Below, in pieces: positions 60,628 to 64,000 of a stretch of DNA of 64,000 nt. Origin of the DNA: Adineta vaga (taxonomy: Eukaryota > Animalia > Rotifera); assembly GCA_021613535.1 (NCBI GenBank), contig CP075496.1, forward strand, positions 620,001 to 684,000. The letters are read 5' to 3'. The position numbers and the translations under genes are program-made. Below the pieces are notes generated by a model. That model was not told where the DNA came from, did not search any database, and saw nothing but the letters and a program-made list of their open reading frames with translations. Position 1 is the first letter of the stretch; each line of letters opens with the position of its first letter.

Positions 60628-60785
60628 GTTGTCTAATTCGAATATATATACGATTATAATTCCAAATTCTTCACATCTATGATTCTACTTATGAATTAAA
60701 TTTATGAGTAATAAAATCTAAATCTTTATCCATGAAAAATAATGACTAGAAGCATTTTTTGATAATCGTCATTTATATTTGAATG
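60628..60785. mobile_element. MITE family 1, copy d (internally deleted)
   Basis: GTTGTCTAATTCGAATATA...TCTAAATCTTTATC...AAAAATAATGACTA...AATCGTCATTT matches copies a-c. Confidence 0.6.
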
Positions 60786-60941
60786 TTTACTTCGCACGTG
60801 TATGCATTCTAAAGAATAGTAGTTACTCATTGCATATGTAACATTCTAAATACAATTTGGAATGTTAAAGATAAGAAGAAGAAGAAGAAGAAGAAGAAAG
60901 TAGAAACTGAAATGATTTTAACATTGTTTTGTTTGTTGGAA

Positions 60942-61999
60942 ATGAAGCAAATCCATTTAATTCTTTTGATTATTTTATTTAAATATTCTTTATCAAATCA
61001 ATGTGTTTATTTAATTACAAAATCTGATAATACAACTGATATTTGTCGAAATATTGACTGTCATGAATATATTGATATCAAATCCTTAATAGTTCAACCA
61101 AAAACATGTAAAACGACCTATTTTTCTCTTTCATTTTCATCGTATAAAACATTTGTTTCATTTCGTAAACAAATTCAATGGCAAATTGGAGATTTATTTT
61201 CCACAAAATCCTCCACTCGTCAATTTATTTTATATATTAATCAACTTGATGAAGATGATCAACCATTTGATTATAATGAATTAATTTCATTAGGTATTCA
61301 TTTAGATTTTTATTTTATTTATATTAAAAATTATCAAAATAAAAATTATCTTCAAAATTCAATTCATTATGATTCACAATGGAAAATTCTCAAACTAAGA
61401 TTGTAAATTTATCTTAATAAAAGAAAATTTTATTCTTTTTTTTTTTCTTTAGTCGATGTCTTCAATTAAGTGCATTTGATAAATATCCATGTACAAGTCA
61501 AATTCTTTCTCCATCATCGTTTGTTTCTCAACAACGAATAACAATTACACAAACGATTCAGATAAAAAATTCAACAGAAAAATTACCGAAAAAATTTCAA
61601 GTAGAAAAAAAGAATTCATCAATTCATTTGATTTTCATTGTAAATGATAGAACGAATTCAATAAAATCAAATTTGATTTTCTATTTTCTTAGATTCTTCT
61701 TCCATTATTAATTTTATTCATTGGAATTCTCATATCTAAATATCTTCTTCATTATTTTAAACAAAATTCAACACATCAATCTTCAATAAATGATACAAAT
61801 GAAAAGTATTTTCAATTTCATTTATTTTTCTTCGAAAATTCTTCAATTAATTTCTTTTAGAATATCATCATTATCATTATCAATTCATGAACATAATCGA
61901 CAAAGAAATTCGATATACGAACCAATAAATTTCGATAGAATATCTCTTGAACGAGAACGACTACAACAATTTGTTCCAATGTCATTTTTAAATCGTTGA
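60942..61999 (+). CDS. Type I single-pass membrane protein of unknown function (4 exons)
   Basis: Signal peptide, Cys-containing ectodomain, TM ILLPLLILFIGILISKYLL and a cytoplasmic tail with IYEPI. An alternative start is 60912. Confidence 0.6.
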
Positions 62000-62110
62000 A
62001 TAATATAAAATCATCTTCTATCTGATCGGATATTTTCTTAACCAGTCAAATTTTCTCGATTCTTTTTCTTTGTATGAAAATTTCTTCATTCGAAATCTAT
62101 TCAAATAAAA

Positions 62111-64000
62111 ATGTTTCAGAAATTATTCAATTTACAAATAAATGAAAATATTCATGAAGAATTTGTTAAAGCATCAGCAAATAGTAATAAATTTATTCTT
62201 ATTTAAAGATTTCAAATTAAAAAAAATAATTCTCTTTTTTAGATAATTTAAAAAGAATCAAACAATTAGTCAAATATTCTAATGTTGATGTAAACTTATT
62301 TTTCGAAAAGAATTTCCATTTCATCTTTCTCTATTTCTTTTAGATAAATTGTATTTTTGCTGGTCATACACCATTACAAGCAGCGGCACAAAATGGTCAC
62401 ATTGAAATCGTTCGTTTTCTTCTTCAATGTCAAGTTAATTTAGAAATTGAAGTAAATGAAATTGATTTGAAATTGAAAATTGAAAAAGAATCTTCTTTAA
62501 GGATAAAGATGGTGATCGTGCTATACATCATGCGACTTTTGGTAATCAACCTGATATATTAGATTTACTTATCAAAACAGGTGTAGATTTAAATTCAAGA
62601 AATAAACGTCGACAAACAGCATTACATATTGGTTAAGATTGATCTTCTTTGTTTTCAAAAATCTTTTATTTATCAATTTTAGGTGTTTGTAAAGGTTATT
62701 TGAATATTTGTAAAATTCTTTTATTAAATGGTGTTCATCATGGAATTCAAGATTGTCAAGGTGATACACCATTACATGATGCAATTACAAATAAACATGA
62801 TGAATTAATTCATTTATTACTTGAATATAATGTTGATATTTCAATAAGAAATAAACATGGTTTTAATTCAATTCATCATTCAGCATTATGTGGAAATTTA
62901 ACTGCAATGGAATTCATTCTTTCGAAAATTCAAAATCGTCAATGGCTTGTAAATGAAAGAAAAGATGATGGATTTACAGCTTTACATTTAGCAACATTGA
63001 ATGGTCATTTCAATATTGTTGAATTACTTTTAAATAAAGGAAATGCATCAATTAATGAACAAAATCTTAATTTACAAACAGCACTTCATTTAGCTGTTAA
63101 TCGACAAGATTTACAAATTGTTAATGTAAGAGAAGAAAAAAGAAAGAGAGAGAGAGAGAGAGAGAATTCTTTTCATTATTTTTCGATTTAGTTTTTATGT
63201 CATAACAATGCAAATGTGAATTTAATTGATAAAGATGGTGATACATGTTTACATGAAGCATTAAGACATCATTCATTTGAACAATTAAAAGAAATTGGAG
63301 AAAAAGGAAAAGTTTGTTTTTAGTTCTTCTATTGAAAATCTTTCGATAAGTTATTCTTTTTCAAATTAGATCATAAAAAAGTTCTTGAAAATAAATGATT
63401 ATTATAAAAAAACAAGTGTTCAAATTAGTTGTACATTAATTATGTTTGGAGCAGATTTAACAATTAAAAATCAACAAAATCAAACACCATTGGATCTTTG
63501 TTCAGATTTAGATTTATCGCGAATTTTAACACAAAAAAATATGTAAATTTTTATTTGAGTATTCGGGTTTTTTTTTATTTCATTGTTTTTAGAGAATATA
63601 ATCAAAAGAATAAGAAGCAAACAGAAAGTTCTATTGAATGTTTGATTTGTTCAGATAATAAACGTGAGATAATATTTCATCCATGTTTACATATTGTTAC
63701 ATGTCAATCATGTGCCAAACGAATGAAAAAATGTTTATTATGTAAAGAAAATATTCAAACAAAGACAAAAGTAAAAATATTTCTTTTCTATTGAAATGAA
63801 AATTCTTCTTCGTTTATTGTTTTTTTTGTAGATTGAACAATGTCAAATTTGTTCGAAAAGAAAAGCAACAATCGTTTATAAATCATGTAATCATCTTATT
63901 GTTTGTCAAGGTAAACAAATAAAGAATATTTGATTATTAAGAAATTAGTTTTGTTTTTTATAGAATGTTTCGATTTGAATAAATCATGTTCGATATGTGA
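62111..64000 (+). CDS. Mind bomb (MIB1)-like ankyrin-RING E3 ligase lacking the N-terminal domains; runs off the window
   Basis: EEFVKASAN, AGHTPLQAAAQNGH, EDKDGDRAIHHA.FG, RNKRRQTALHI, GDTPLHDAI, KDDGFTALHLA, DKDGDTCLHEALRHH and two RING fingers follow the MIB1 order. Confidence 0.85.

Noticed and set aside
1-64000. tRNA, rRNA or telomeric repeat arrays
   Set aside because: None recognised by eye; a covariance-model scan would be needed to exclude small RNAs.

Overview
Very AT-rich eukaryotic DNA with many short (mostly about 45-70 nt) GT-AG introns. Clearly metazoan genes (TTLL5, cathepsin B, ZIP8/14-type transporter, UNC-93-like, Mind bomb-like) are mixed with genes that look bacterial or fungal (PqaA/AprA, NRPS-like A-T pseudogene, PQQ-type propeller, DUF4139, GT32, spermidine-synthase-like methyltransferase, lysozyme-like protein, M35 peptidyl-Lys protease). 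This pattern is typical of a bdelloid rotifer; that assignment is inference only. The window opens inside a Mutator-like transposase and holds many MITEs and several decaying genes. The three strongest oddities are as follows. (1) An about 8-kb island (51.5-59.3 kb), bracketed by a diverged direct repeat, carries two divergently oriented copies of a tightly linked A-B gene pair. Both encode related, unknown amphipathic helical proteins, and the B genes have an apparently orphan splice acceptor, suggesting an operon-like or shared-leader unit. (2) A 1270-aa protein consists of three tandem TM-Cys-rich ectodomain-TM modules, a possible single-chain trimeric channel. (3) A 599-aa Hedgehog-type Hint protein has the architecture TM / furin site / mucin / ETDxDCGG repeats / Hint / TM. 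All gene models were spliced by hand, and family assignments come from motif recognition, not database searches.
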